A stretch of DNA of 24,000 nucleotides, taken from the NCBI RefSeq assembly GCF_009729055.1, contig NZ_CP045484.1:2280872-2304871 (forward strand). The letters run 5' to 3'. Below are positions 1 through 9,305 of this stretch, one piece after another (positions within the stretch are counted from its first letter, which is position 1; the number at the start of each line of letters is the position of its first letter). Origin of the DNA: Sulfurisphaera ohwakuensis. Its GTDB lineage: Archaea > Thermoproteota > Thermoprotei_A > Sulfolobales > Sulfolobaceae. A program made the position numbers and the translations under genes. The notes below the pieces were generated by a model. That model worked only from the letters and a program-made list of their open reading frames with translations. It had not been told where the DNA came from and ran no database searches.

Positions 1-315
1 AGGAATTACTTTGTATCCTTCACTTTCTAACTCTAATAACGCATCTGTGTTTATAGCTTCAATTTCTGTAATTATTGCGTCTGGGTTCTCTTTCTTTATT
101 ATACTCTTTATTGCGTTTCCGTCTAACATATTAACAACGTATTTTCTATGGGCTACGTGCATAGCTGGAGCCATGTCATACCTATCAACTACAATGGTTT
201 CTATACCCATTCTTTGTGCTTCTATTACCATTTCTTTTCCTAATTCTCCTCCACCTAACCAGAGAAGTTTCTTTGCACCTTCAAATAAAGGGGTACCTAT
301 TTCCATGAGATCCAT
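1..315 (-). CDS. purT: Formate-dependent phosphoribosylglycinamide formyltransferase (PurT), N-terminal 105 codons; the gene runs off the left edge of the window
   Basis: My translation of the minus strand from the ATG at 315 gives [105 protein letters not shown]. This tracks the PurT N-terminus (ATP-grasp, GxGELGKE, VDRY..APAM.VAH....NMLD) almost motif for motif. The listed + ORF 11..355 is its antisense shadow. Confidence 0.85.
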   Translation of the reverse strand, partial: MDLMEIGTPLFEGAKKLLWLGGGELGKEMVIEAQRMGIETIVVDRYDMAPAMHVAHRKYVVNMLDGNAIKSIIKKENPDAIITEIEAINTDALLELESEGYKVIP

Positions 316-359
316 TTACTTAAACTGTGTAATAAATCTATCTTTTTCTTCTTAGTTTT

Positions 360-956
360 TTACTTAATTATGTAAAAATCAATCCACTTAAGTAATCTCT
401 CTGGATCTTTAACAAAATAGTAAAAACATAACCACTTATTCACTTTACAATTTCCACTCCAAGGAAACACTATTGCACCTACGGGAAATTTCTTTTCATA
501 CTCTCTTATTTGTTGATTATTATAATCTCCGACTTTTGCTTCTATTGCTATTTTTCCTTCCACAATAAAATCTGGTTTATTATGAATTTTTACGCCGTGC
601 AAATAGTCATAGATTTTCTTGTTTCTCTCTACTTTATAATATTTCGAAAGAATGGAGAATACATATTCTTCAAACACATAACCAATTAGCTGGTTTAGTT
701 TTAATCTTCTAGATCTAATGTCTGGATAAGCAAGTGCATAATTAGCATCAACTTTAACTCCAGTAATTTTTTCTAATTCATTCAATTTCTCTAATAACAA
801 ACTTTCGTCACCTAAAAAAGAAAAAGAATAGTTAGTTATTTCATTTCCGTTTTTATTAAAAACTTTAACACCAATTCTATCTACAATAACTATTATATCA
901 CCGTTGTCATGTGGAACTAATTTATTTCCATTCATTTTGTATAAAAATACTTGCAT
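360..956 (-). CDS. Hypothetical protein with a C-terminal PD-(D/E)XK (restriction-endonuclease-like) motif
   Basis: 198-aa ORF. An acidic helix (GYVFEEYVF) is followed by KPDFIVEGKIAIEAKVG, a classic (P)D-x9-E-x-K nuclease core. The N-terminal half is not recognisable. Confidence 0.5.
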   Translation of the reverse strand: MQVFLYKMNGNKLVPHDNGDIIVIVDRIGVKVFNKNGNEITNYSFSFLGDESLLLEKLNELEKITGVKVDANYALAYPDIRSRRLKLNQLIGYVFEEYVFSILSKYYKVERNKKIYDYLHGVKIHNKPDFIVEGKIAIEAKVGDYNNQQIREYEKKFPVGAIVFPWSGNCKVNKWLCFYYFVKDPERLLKWIDFYIIK

Positions 957-973
957 GACAGAATATAGGTGAA

Positions 974-985
974 CTTATAAATAAA
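974..985. promoter_or_regulatory. Candidate shared TATA box for the divergent genes 360..956 and 1005..1652
   Basis: CTTATAAATAAA lies about 20-30 bp from both start codons (956 and 1005), the spacing expected for Sulfolobales leaderless promoters. Confidence 0.4.
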
Positions 986-1004
986 CAGAGATCTTTCTTA
1001 TTGT

Positions 1005-1652
1005 ATGCCTCTTTTGACATTAGCTGACATATTATGGGGAGTTATACTTACAATTTGGGTCGGTATTGTTACCTTATACATTTCTAAGATAATTAGCAAG
1101 TATACAAGTGTTTACGTAGCAAGAAAAGCCATTCATATGCTGGGTGGTGGTGTAGTTGCAGTAGTATCCCCATTTGTATTTACGTCTCCTCTGGTTCCTA
1201 TTATAGCATCTTATACATTGATGACATACCTTATAGTAAGGAGGATCAAAGATGGTATTATGGGATGGTTCCAAGAAAAAGATAATTATGGAGAGATATT
1301 TTATACTTTCTCATATGGTACATTACTATTAATAATGTGGGTTATTGATGGAAATTATTGGTCTACTAAAGATGTTTTCATACCATTACTTCCCATACTT
1401 TATATGTCATTTGGCGATGGTGTTACTGGTATAATAAGGAATTATGTATATAAGCGAAGAGTAAAAGGTTTTTGGGGAAGTGTAGGGATGGCTATTGTGT
1501 GTATTCCTCTTGGTTATTATCTCTTTGGTCTTTATGGTGCTATTTCTGGTATAATAGCTACTGTAGTTGAAGCTCTTCCTTTAGTTGATGATAATTTAAG
1601 TATCCCATTTATTTCTTTCTTGTTCCTATATTCCGTCATAAAATTGTTTTAG
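1005..1652 (+). CDS. Polytopic membrane protein, dolichol/phytol kinase-like (CTP-dependent polyprenol kinase, COG0170-type)
   Basis: 215 aa with about 6 hydrophobic segments. The motifs [11 protein letters not shown] and [12 protein letters not shown] resemble the RK.vH..sG and GDg.a..vG signatures of the Sec59/VTE5 kinase family. This assignment is from memory. Confidence 0.5.
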   Translation: MPLLTLADILWGVILTIWVGIVTLYISKIISKYTSVYVARKAIHMLGGGVVAVVSPFVFTSPLVPIIASYTLMTYLIVRRIKDGIMGWFQEKDNYGEIFYTFSYGTLLLIMWVIDGNYWSTKDVFIPLLPILYMSFGDGVTGIIRNYVYKRRVKGFWGSVGMAIVCIPLGYYLFGLYGAISGIIATVVEALPLVDDNLSIPFISFLFLYSVIKLF

Positions 1653-2255
1653 ATTATAAAAACTTTTATTATCTATAATATTTATTTTCATAATCTTAGA
1701 ATTTATAGTAATAATTCCATTAATTTTACTATTTTTAACATCGTTTAATGTGATATCTGGAGTCCTGGAATATTTTCTTATCAGTCTCATTAGATTTCTA
1801 ATTTCATCTTCCGATCTTTCATTTGGATCCTTTAGTAACTCCTTAGGAATTGGAGGTAAGTAAAATGAAGGAACAGCAATATAGAATTCATTCGCAATAT
1901 TACTATAGCGAGATATTTTTAAAGCTAATCTGCTCATTAAGAATTCTTCTGGATTAATAGCATTAATGGGCGGAACATAACCAGTTTCCACTTCAATGCC
2001 AATATCTGTACCTTTAATTGCATAAATATCTATTACTCCTCCACTTACCTCTACTTCTACATAAACTCGAAATCCTCGATTAATTAGGAAGCCAGATAAA
2101 ATAAGTTCTAAGATAGAATGGTTTATATTTAGAATTCCTACCTTACTTAAGCCTAATAACTTCTTGTAAATATCTTCTATATTCACATTTTTACCAAAGT
2201 AATTAGTCACTTTTTCATACATTATCTGTAAATCTTTAGAGTGATCTCCTCTCAT
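1626..2255 (-). CDS. Hypothetical protein, possible divergent PD-(D/E)XK-fold
   Basis: The ORF track starts at GTG 2264. I prefer ATG 2255 (MRGDHSKD...) because 2262-2315 looks like an sRNA. The segment [13 protein letters not shown]...[21 protein letters not shown] has an E...D-x12-E-x-E arrangement reminiscent of Hjc-type nucleases, but without the canonical Lys. Confidence 0.45.
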   Translation of the reverse strand: MRGDHSKDLQIMYEKVTNYFGKNVNIEDIYKKLLGLSKVGILNINHSILELILSGFLINRGFRVYVEVEVSGGVIDIYAIKGTDIGIEVETGYVPPINAINPEEFLMSRLALKISRYSNIANEFYIAVPSFYLPPIPKELLKDPNERSEDEIRNLMRLIRKYSRTPDITLNDVKNSKINGIITINSKIMKINIIDNKSFYNLKQFYDGI

Positions 2256-2261
2256 TTTAAT

Positions 2262-2315
2262 CACTCAGACTGGGAAGCGCTCTTCATCAGTCTGTAAACC
2301 GTCGTGTCATCATTA
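2262..2315 (-). ncRNA. Candidate C/D box sRNA (2'-O-methylation guide)
   Basis: Minus-strand read: AAUGAUGA (C box, 2307-2314) - CACGACGGUUUA (12 nt) - CAGA (degenerate D') - CUGAUGA (C'-like) - AGAGCGCUUCCCAGU (15 nt) - CUGA (D box, 2265-2268). It is a GC-rich island in an AT-rich spacer. A TATA-like element sits about 28 nt upstream of the expected 5' end. Weak points are the lack of a D'/C' spacer and the longer second guide. Confidence 0.55.
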
Positions 2316-2340
2316 ATTGAAAAATCATTTATCATTCAAG

Positions 2341-2353
2341 CTTAAAAATAATA
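2341..2353 (-). promoter_or_regulatory. Candidate TATA box driving the sRNA and the 1626..2255 transcript
   Basis: The minus strand reads TATTATTTTTAAG, centred about 27-29 nt upstream of the predicted sRNA 5' end. It is only 4-16 nt from the ATG at 2357, too close to serve as that gene's TATA. Confidence 0.35.
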
Positions 2354-2356
2354 TAC

Positions 2357-2797
2357 ATGATAAGTTGGTTACTAGGTTCTCCTCCTCCACCTTGGCATTA
2401 CCTAGATGATGTATTTCAAGAGTATAGTAATGTAGCTGTATATCTTAATGCTTATGGTAATATCGAGATTATAAAAGTCAGCGATATTGATGAATTTCAT
2501 GCACCCACTTCAGTATTAATTAGTGGGTATTATTTGCTAACACTCAAACCATATTATATAAAGCTAAGGAAATTTGTTGCATTTCCAACTAGAAGATTAC
2601 CAGTTATTAAGCGATTAATCAAATATCCTAGATGGAGGTCAATGGAATACTATTATAAAGACGAATTTCTAATTGGATGGTTAATATACGATTGCGATAA
2701 CTGTAAAGAAAAACAAAGGCTCCATTTAGAAGTTAATGAAGAAATCATGTCTGATGATGAAATAGTAGAAAAGCATTTACAGATTTATAATTCATGA
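2357..2797 (+). CDS. Hypothetical protein (146 aa), no recognisable domain
   Basis: Clean ORF with non-repetitive composition. It overlaps the convergent neighbour by 13 bp. Confidence 0.45.
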   Translation: MISWLLGSPPPPWHYLDDVFQEYSNVAVYLNAYGNIEIIKVSDIDEFHAPTSVLISGYYLLTLKPYYIKLRKFVAFPTRRLPVIKRLIKYPRWRSMEYYYKDEFLIGWLIYDCDNCKEKQRLHLEVNEEIMSDDEIVEKHLQIYNS

Positions 2798-3762
2798 GGT
2801 TCTTTACCTAATTCAAAATCTGAGACGTTAGAGAAACGATCTATTATATATTCTTTCTCTTCTGTACCTTTTGTTATAAAGTCAACTAATAATTTAGCAA
2901 TCCCAGGACCTACTTCTGCACCGTAACCGTTCAATCCACCTGCAATATAAATTTTATCAGTTATTCTACCGTAAACCGGTTTCATATCTGGAGTACCTTC
3001 ACAATACCCTTCTCCTCTAAATAAAGGTCTCAATTCCCCAACTCTCTCAGTTGCCTTTTTAACTGGGGATAGATCTCCAAATCTCTTAGTAAAAGGATCA
3101 CTTACTATGGTATCTCCATCTCCTACAATATTAAGCTTCATTCCTAATCCAAATAGAGGTCTTGAATAATATCCTAATTCATAGTCATATATAAATACTT
3201 TATCTAGAAGAGAATTAGTATTACTAGTAACCCATGCCCAGCAATAATACGATTTTAGAGGGAGTTTGAAATCAGTTATATAACTATTCCAGGCACCAGC
3301 AGTTAAAATTATAATATCAGCGTTTACTGTTTTACCATCAACTTCTACTACACTATTTTTTATTTTTGCTACTCCATCAATATAAGGTACTTTATCGATC
3401 AACTTTTTTATTGCTACAAGGCTATCGGTATTTTTTCCTATGATTGCATAAGAATTTAGCCAATTTATGTATTTTTCCTCTACGTTAAAACCATAGGATA
3501 TCCAATCATCAATTATTTTCTTATCAATTTTTCCTATGGTATATGATGGATATTTAATTAAAGGAATTTTATACTTTTCATAAAATTTTTTACTTTCAAT
3601 TGCTAACTCTATATCTTTTCCTTTAAGTAGAAGTGAGTGAATTAACGTAGGATAAAACTTTCTGAATCCAGATTCTACTACAATGACTGAATGACCAAGA
3701 TCTTTTAGCATATAATATAAAGAACTTCCGATTATTCCTCTTCCTATTATTAGTATCTTCAC
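2785..3762 (-). CDS. FAD-dependent oxidoreductase (DAO/glycine-oxidase-like family)
   Basis: GTG start. The N-terminal Rossmann dinucleotide motif is KILIIGRGIIGSSLYYML...VVE, and a second nucleotide-proximal motif is IILTAGAWN. At 325 aa it is short for the family. Confidence 0.7.
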   Translation of the reverse strand: MKILIIGRGIIGSSLYYMLKDLGHSVIVVESGFRKFYPTLIHSLLLKGKDIELAIESKKFYEKYKIPLIKYPSYTIGKIDKKIIDDWISYGFNVEEKYINWLNSYAIIGKNTDSLVAIKKLIDKVPYIDGVAKIKNSVVEVDGKTVNADIIILTAGAWNSYITDFKLPLKSYYCWAWVTSNTNSLLDKVFIYDYELGYYSRPLFGLGMKLNIVGDGDTIVSDPFTKRFGDLSPVKKATERVGELRPLFRGEGYCEGTPDMKPVYGRITDKIYIAGGLNGYGAEVGPGIAKLLVDFITKGTEEKEYIIDRFSNVSDFELGKEPHEL

Positions 3763-3797
3763 AATTTTTAAAACCTAGCTAAGAGGATTAAAAACTA

Positions 3798-4601
3798 ATG
3801 ATTATTGAAGGATATATGTTGAAATATGCCAATATTATATGGGCTGTAAAAGGCTGCTTTCACCCTGAAGGTTATGCGGTAGCTGTTCCTAGAGTTTATA
3901 AAGGTAAAAAAATAAAGAAAATGAGTGAAGCTTTAAAAATAGTCAAAGAGAAATTCCCTTTCTTGTTAAGATACGTCCCAGAAATAGGCTTTGAAGTTCC
4001 ATTAGTTCCGTTAAAAGATGCTATAGTATTTGATCCATTTAGCAAGGAAGTAGATGACGAATTACCAAGGAGATTTATAAGTTATTTTAAAGGAAAAATT
4101 GGAGTAACTGGAAGTTTATTATATTCAAATGAGTATAATGACATCGATCTTTTAAGCTTTGATGAATCACATTATATTACCCTTAAAGAATTAAGAGAAA
4201 AGGGAATTACAAGTCCTCTTAATAAAACAAATTTAGATGAAATAGAAATACTAGAAGAAGAAGATTTTAGAATACTTAAAGAGAAAAGGGTATTAGAAGG
4301 GGTGTATCAAGGTAAACCCTACACTTTTAAGATTGTAAAATGTGTTGATTTTGGTTACGTGATGAATAAAGAAGAATTCAAGGGTGTCATAAAAATTACC
4401 AAGGCAATAAAACCTTACTCGTTACCAGTTATTTACCTAACAGATTTAGGCTATTATTTAACTTCATTTAGAATAAGATTTGCTGAACTTAAAGAGGGGA
4501 TTTCACTTTACGTTGTTGGTACATTGTTGAAAAGGGATAAATTCCTAGATTTAGATTTAGACATTGCTAAAGAGGTAAAGCTCTATGAGTCACGCCCATA
4601 A
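3798..4601 (+). CDS. Predicted pol-beta-superfamily nucleotidyltransferase (archaeal COG1665-like)
   Basis: [18 protein letters not shown] matches the G[S/G]-x9-13-DxD nucleotidyltransferase signature. The rest of the protein is not recognisable. Confidence 0.5.
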   Translation: MIIEGYMLKYANIIWAVKGCFHPEGYAVAVPRVYKGKKIKKMSEALKIVKEKFPFLLRYVPEIGFEVPLVPLKDAIVFDPFSKEVDDELPRRFISYFKGKIGVTGSLLYSNEYNDIDLLSFDESHYITLKELREKGITSPLNKTNLDEIEILEEEDFRILKEKRVLEGVYQGKPYTFKIVKCVDFGYVMNKEEFKGVIKITKAIKPYSLPVIYLTDLGYYLTSFRIRFAELKEGISLYVVGTLLKRDKFLDLDLDIAKEVKLYESRP

Positions 4602-5121
4602 GAAGCATAAAGAAAATGCTCCTAAATCACTCAATTTCTATGTTATTACTATAAGTACCTCAAGATATGAAAAACTCTTAAAAAAAGAGCCGATAGTGGA
4701 TGAATCCGGTGACATAATAAAGCAATTACTCATAGAAAATGGACATAAAATAATCGGCTATTCTTTAGTCCCAGACGATAAAATAAAAATTCTTAAGGCA
4801 TTTACTGATGCTTTATCTATAGATGAAGTTGACGTCATAATCTCAACTGGAGGTACTGGTTATTCACCTACTGATATTACAGTAGAGACTATCAGAAAGC
4901 TTTTCGATAGAGAGATTGAAGGTTTTTCTGATGTCTTTAGGTTAGTTAGCTTTAACGACCCGGAAGTAAAAGCTGCTGCATACTTAACAAAAGCTTCAGC
5001 AGGAATTATAGATAAAAAAATAGTTTACTTATTACCTGGCTCACCAGACGCTGTGAAGTTAGCTCTTAAAGAGCTAATACTACCAGAAGTAGGCCACTTA
5101 GTTTATTTAGTAAGAAGTTGA
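4585..5121 (+). CDS. moaB: Molybdenum cofactor biosynthesis protein B (MoaB/MogA family, molybdopterin (MPT) adenylyltransferase in archaea)
   Basis: ITISTSR...[16 protein letters not shown]...LPGSPDAV are the hallmark MoaB/MogA motifs. 178 aa is the typical size. Confidence 0.85.
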   Translation: MSHAHKKHKENAPKSLNFYVITISTSRYEKLLKKEPIVDESGDIIKQLLIENGHKIIGYSLVPDDKIKILKAFTDALSIDEVDVIISTGGTGYSPTDITVETIRKLFDREIEGFSDVFRLVSFNDPEVKAAAYLTKASAGIIDKKIVYLLPGSPDAVKLALKELILPEVGHLVYLVRS

Positions 5122-7013
5122 ACAATTTTTTCCTCTAAGATTTTCTTTTCTTCTGATGAGAATTCATCTATTCTATCTATGTAAAAATATAATATTAATG
5201 CCTCTTCTAATGGAATTTCCTTCAAAGCGTATAAGAATAAACTATCAGTCACTTCATGATATATATCATCTGCTATACCGTAGTACCATTTAGCATCGTC
5301 TAATAATTGAGCAGAGTTCTCAAGAGATTTCCTAATTTTTGAAGCTATTAGATCAACAATATTTAGGTTAATTTGCGGTATTACAATATCTAAAGGTGTC
5401 TTTATATTAAGCTTCTCCGAAGTAAAAGGACAAAGAGTAATTTCAGCATTTATTTTGCTTGGCATATTTTTATTGTTTAGCAAATCAAGAAAAGCAAAGC
5501 TGCATTTACTTGGTTTTATTTTCTTTTCTAAATCTCTAAAATAACAAGATATATGTAACTTACTTTTATCAATTTCAACATCAGACATTACATAATTTTC
5601 TATGTAGTCTATATCTAAAACTGAATAGCGTTTTAAAGGTTGTAAATAATAATACTCTTCTGGTGTTATAGTTATTATTAAGTTTATTCCGCTAAATTGA
5701 TTAGAGAGTAATTTCCAGTCAATCTGATTTTTAACAAGTCTTTGAATATCTAAGTCTATATATTTTAATCCCACCTTTAATCCTTTAGAATATAAATACA
5801 ATAATGATTTCAGTATTCTCTCTTCAAATCTACTACTTATAGGGGTAATTAGTATTACTTTTTCTGACTTCAGTTCTTTAAGCTTATTTTCCGTTCTAAC
5901 ATTACTTAAATCATATACGGCAGATTTAGAGATATCGGAAATTATATCTAGATTAGCAGGGCATACGTCTACGCATTTTCCACACATATGACAATTAATT
6001 TGAACTGACGATCCTAAACTTTGTAAAACATAAAACCCTAAGGGGGAGTAAATTTTTGATTTTGTGTATTCAACGTAAGGGCATACGTCTACGCATTTTC
6101 CACACATTATACAGCCATTTAAATTATTTTCACCAGAAGTATCTGAAAAGTTTGACAGTTCTACATTAGGAGGAAAGATAAGAGAAGTATTGGAATAAAT
6201 AGAGAAATAAACCTTGTTAAAACTAATTCTTAGATATGCCTCTATCGAGTTTGTAATCTGATCTTTAATTTTATATAAATTATCAATTGTTGTTGTACCA
6301 AAATATCGATATTTATGAGGAAAACTAAGATCTTCATAAATTATTTTTCCGTCAGATAAATCAGTAATAAATTTCTTTAATAATTCCTCTCTTAATTTAG
6401 GATAAGTAGCACTTAGCTCAAATTTTCCATCTCTCCAAACTAATGTTATATCCCTAAATGGAGGTATACTACTACTAAACCATGATTTTAGCTTATAGTA
6501 AATAACGTCAAATTCTTGACTTGTTAAACTTTTCACTATCAACTCTTTATTTTCCTTCTTAACTAAGACTGCATAGATTATACCTCCTTTATATCTCCCA
6601 GTATACTTCTCTCCGTTTAAATAAGCTTCTACCTCAACTCTATCTTTGATAAATCTAAACTCATTAAACCCAAAGCCTGCATCACCATACTCAACAGATC
6701 CTCCAACGGAAAAATTCAAATTACCAAATAATTCTGGCTTAAACCCTATAACTTCTTTCCAAAGTGTTCCAGCTAAGATTCTTAGTTTATCATCTTTTTC
6801 TTCTATTCCCCTTAATGAAGTTAAATCTACTATAACTTTTCCCTCAACACCCCTTGAATATTCATATCTACCGATACCCTCAGTGATATTCTTCAGATCT
6901 TCCTCTGATTGTATAGTTATTATTTTTTCTGGAATTATTGAGGACCTTCTAGTTAAAGATAGTCTTGAGTAGAATAAGTTTAACATTCTACATAAGAGGT
7001 TTAATATAAGCAT
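5103..7013 (-). CDS. Fe-S oxidoreductase with a 2x[4Fe-4S] ferredoxin-type domain and a divergent FAD-binding-like N-terminal region (GlcD/GlcF- or GlpC-like fusion)
   Basis: There are two [12 protein letters not shown] motifs ([13 protein letters not shown] and [13 protein letters not shown]). The N-terminal part loosely follows an FAD_binding_4 pattern ([10 protein letters not shown]...[13 protein letters not shown]...[12 protein letters not shown]). The C-terminal third has scattered Cys but no clear CCG motif. Confidence 0.6.
   Translation of the reverse strand: MLILNLLCRMLNLFYSRLSLTRRSSIIPEKIITIQSEEDLKNITEGIGRYEYSRGVEGKVIVDLTSLRGIEEKDDKLRILAGTLWKEVIGFKPELFGNLNFSVGGSVEYGDAGFGFNEFRFIKDRVEVEAYLNGEKYTGRYKGGIIYAVLVKKENKELIVKSLTSQEFDVIYYKLKSWFSSSIPPFRDITLVWRDGKFELSATYPKLREELLKKFITDLSDGKIIYEDLSFPHKYRYFGTTTIDNLYKIKDQITNSIEAYLRISFNKVYFSIYSNTSLIFPPNVELSNFSDTSGENNLNGCIMCGKCVDVCPYVEYTKSKIYSPLGFYVLQSLGSSVQINCHMCGKCVDVCPANLDIISDISKSAVYDLSNVRTENKLKELKSEKVILITPISSRFEERILKSLLYLYSKGLKVGLKYIDLDIQRLVKNQIDWKLLSNQFSGINLIITITPEEYYYLQPLKRYSVLDIDYIENYVMSDVEIDKSKLHISCYFRDLEKKIKPSKCSFAFLDLLNNKNMPSKINAEITLCPFTSEKLNIKTPLDIVIPQINLNIVDLIASKIRKSLENSAQLLDDAKWYYGIADDIYHEVTDSLFLYALKEIPLEEALILYFYIDRIDEFSSEEKKILEEKIVQLLTK
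5958..5987. repeat. Copy 1 of a perfect 30-bp intragenic direct repeat
   Basis: AGGGCATACGTCTACGCATTTTCCACACAT is identical to 6078-6107, checked base by base. It encodes [10 protein letters not shown] on the minus strand. Confidence 0.95.
6078..6107. repeat. Copy 2 of a perfect 30-bp intragenic direct repeat
   Basis: Identical to 5958-5987, with an offset of exactly 120 bp (40 codons). Confidence 0.95.
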
Positions 7014-7034
7014 ATAATAACTTTTCTACAAATT

Positions 7035-9251
7035 TTATACTATTGGATTTCCAAATAAGTCTTCTTCTTTATTAATACTAGTTCCTTTATTTTCTTTTAA
7101 AAATTTTATAAGTCTAAAGGATTTTTTCCTAGATAAAAATTTATTATTATTACCACAGTAAGGGCTATAAATACATTTGGGGCATCCATCCTCACAGTCA
7201 CACTTACCAGTTATATCTAGTGAAATATCATAACTTTCTTCTAGTCTATCAAATAAAAGTTTACTAACACCACTTCCACCTACAACAGCATCATAAATAA
7301 TTACATGACCGCTAGGATAACTTATGCCGGCTAAATCAGTTAATGAGGCACCTGCGGTAATTCTGGCTGCACTAATTAAAACATGCTCTGTAGCATGAAA
7401 AGCTTCAACTGCATCAAACTCACTAAATTCTGCCAAAATTGGATGCTTAATTATAATCCCTTTTGTTTGATAAGAAAATGTTATCGGTTCTTTATAATAT
7501 CTCTCTTCTCTAGGTTTATTCTTCTTACTCATTATGTCATAAACTACAAAACCGTCAACCGAAATCATGATCTCAATTTCACCGTATTTTACTGGTAAAC
7601 CTAATACTTCTTTACTTTCTATTTCTTTGAACGAAAGAAGATGCGTACTATATAAAGGTTTTGTATAATACGTTGTATCATCTGAAATCTTCCTAACTTT
7701 AACAGTTAAATGCGATAGATCAACACTTTCCACTATATAAGTTCTTTTAGATATGAGATAAATAGCCTCCGGATAAAGATCATAAAGCGCAACTGGTAAT
7801 TCCCTTTCTCCGACTTTTTTATCACTCTCGTATATTTTCACCATAGGACCAGTAGATCTTATTGAAGTAGATTTAACAAATTTAACAAGTTCTGGTGTAG
7901 AGTAAGCATAATCTCCAGATATTTTCACTGGTAAGGAGCTAAGTGCCTTTACCCAAAGTTTAGGGAGCGTTGAAATTCTAACCTTTCCCTTTTCTACGAC
8001 TAATGCTGCTGCATGAACTTTTATAACTTCCATATTTGTTGTGTCAAATGGCAAAGGAGTGAGCTTCCTATTAAAGAACTCTTGAGGCTTACGATTATAG
8101 TATGCGTCAATTGGATCATCTCCAAGAAGGGTAAAAACATAACCTATCTTATTCCTTCTTCCAGCTCTTCCTGCTCTTTGTAAATATTTAACGTAATTAG
8201 GGGGGTTTTCAGCCAATATAACAGCATCTAAGTCGCCTATATCTATACCTAGCTCTAAAGTAGGTGTAGCGACCACGCCCATTATTCTTCCTCTTTTAAA
8301 ATCTTCCTCAACCTTTATCCTCTCTTCTGGGTTAATACCAGCTCTATGCACTGGGATATCAAATCCGAATCTCTTTATTATTTTTCCTAAAACTTCCGCC
8401 ATTTGTTGAGAGTCAACAAAGATTAAAACCTTAAGCCCTTTTTTCATCAGTAATGAAGCTAAATAACCCGTAATAGTCCATCTACTTAAAGAACCTACAT
8501 CTAAAAGAACATGAAAAGCAACACCTTTTCTTCTATTAGTACCTTGAATTATTTCTCCTTTTACACCAAATAACTCTTCAAATAAGTATTGAGACGCACC
8601 TATAGTTGCACTAGATGCCATAACATGGTAATCCCCGAATTCCCTAATTCTATCGCTAATCATTCTAAGATGTGAACCTAATACACCTTCGTAAACGTGA
8701 ACCTCATCAAAGACAAAATGTTCTGTTGTTCTTAATAATCTTCTAAATCTGTTGCTTAATGCTAATCCTATATGAATCATATCAGGGTTAGTTATTAGAA
8801 TATCAGGCGGATTCTCATATAGTCTCTCCCTCTCTTTTTCTGGGGTATCTCCATCAAAAACACCTACAGTAACGCCTAATTCTGTTGTAAACTTAAGAAT
8901 TCTTTCAAGTTGATCTCTAGCTAGAGCTTTTGTGGGATAAACTAAAACGCTCCTTTCGCCTCTTAAAGAAAATTCAAGAGTTGGTATTAAGAAAGCTTCA
9001 GTTTTACCGGTTCCTGTACCAGATACTATCATAACGTTCTTTTTATCTAAAATTTTATGCAACGCCTCTTCCTGGTATTTATAAAGTTTTTCAATTCCGT
9101 GTTTTTTAAGGCTATCCTTTATTTTACTACTAATGTTAAGAGTATCTACAGAATCACCGAATTCGGGATCAAGCGCAGTTTCTGTGTAAACATGTCTAAT
9201 TTTAACGTTAAAGTAGTCTAAAGCATTCTTTACTTCATCAATTATATCCAT
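7035..9251 (-). CDS. Superfamily-2 DEAD/DEAH-box helicase with a C-terminal DUF1998/MrfA-type zinc-binding domain (COG1205 family)
   Basis: Motif I is SGTGTGKTE, motif II FDEVHVY, motif III SSATIG and motif [11 protein letters not shown]. The C-terminal Cys cluster is [23 protein letters not shown]. The ORF track extends to 9296. I prefer ATG 9251 ([11 protein letters not shown]...) because the extra 15 aa are hydrophobic filler and 9251 sits about 25 bp from a shared TATA element. Confidence 0.85.
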   Translation of the reverse strand: MDIIDEVKNALDYFNVKIRHVYTETALDPEFGDSVDTLNISSKIKDSLKKHGIEKLYKYQEEALHKILDKKNVMIVSGTGTGKTEAFLIPTLEFSLRGERSVLVYPTKALARDQLERILKFTTELGVTVGVFDGDTPEKERERLYENPPDILITNPDMIHIGLALSNRFRRLLRTTEHFVFDEVHVYEGVLGSHLRMISDRIREFGDYHVMASSATIGASQYLFEELFGVKGEIIQGTNRRKGVAFHVLLDVGSLSRWTITGYLASLLMKKGLKVLIFVDSQQMAEVLGKIIKRFGFDIPVHRAGINPEERIKVEEDFKRGRIMGVVATPTLELGIDIGDLDAVILAENPPNYVKYLQRAGRAGRRNKIGYVFTLLGDDPIDAYYNRKPQEFFNRKLTPLPFDTTNMEVIKVHAAALVVEKGKVRISTLPKLWVKALSSLPVKISGDYAYSTPELVKFVKSTSIRSTGPMVKIYESDKKVGERELPVALYDLYPEAIYLISKRTYIVESVDLSHLTVKVRKISDDTTYYTKPLYSTHLLSFKEIESKEVLGLPVKYGEIEIMISVDGFVVYDIMSKKNKPREERYYKEPITFSYQTKGIIIKHPILAEFSEFDAVEAFHATEHVLISAARITAGASLTDLAGISYPSGHVIIYDAVVGGSGVSKLLFDRLEESYDISLDITGKCDCEDGCPKCIYSPYCGNNNKFLSRKKSFRLIKFLKENKGTSINKEEDLFGNPIV

Positions 9252-9273
9252 AAATAACAAGATTGTGATAAGA

Positions 9274-9289
9274 AAATTTATTTTTAAAT
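9274..9289. promoter_or_regulatory. Candidate bidirectional TATA element between the helicase and GAT-QueC genes
   Basis: AAATTTATTTTTAAAT is centred about 25 bp from GTG 9306 and about 30 bp from ATG 9251. Confidence 0.4.
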
Positions 9290-9305
9290 CCTCCATTATA
9301 CGAGT

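Noticed and set aside
11-355. 114-aa + strand ORF from the track
   Set aside because: Its composition is low-complexity, Ser/Ile/Phe-rich. It lies exactly antisense to a sequence that translates into an excellent PurT N-terminus, so it is a shadow ORF.
1074-1274. 66-aa minus-strand ORF inside the membrane-protein gene
   Set aside because: It is antisense to a convincing multi-TM CDS, and its Tyr/Cys/Asn/Arg-rich composition is typical of a shadow frame.
2751-2823. Possible second C/D box sRNA (CUGAUGAUGA ... CUGA) on the + strand across the convergent gene overlap
   Set aside because: The spacing from C box to D box is about 59 nt with no credible internal D'/C' pair at ~12-nt guide spacing. 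The boxes are explained by coding sequence (SDDE codons).
4543-4565. Short tandem TAGATT repeat (ctagatttagatttagac)
   Set aside because: It has only about 2.5 copies and simply encodes an LDLDLD stretch at the C-terminus of the nucleotidyltransferase-like protein.
6646-6972. 108-aa + ORF inside the Fe-S oxidoreductase gene, and the similar antisense ORFs at 7383-7598, 14061-14357, 14497-14706, 17453-17638, 18870-19079, 19940-20347, 20344-20526, 21905-22096, 21985-22167 and 23484-23846
   Set aside because: Each lies opposite a CDS with strong family motifs. All have Ser/Phe/Ile/Leu-rich, motif-free sequences, as expected from stop-poor antisense frames in AT-rich DNA.
9252-9296. N-terminal 15-codon extension of the helicase ([15 protein letters not shown]) as listed in the ORF track
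   Set aside because: It would leave only 9 bp between divergent starts and would place the shared TATA element inside the CDS. The internal ATG at 9251 gives the standard ~25-bp TATA spacing. The extension remains possible but is less likely.
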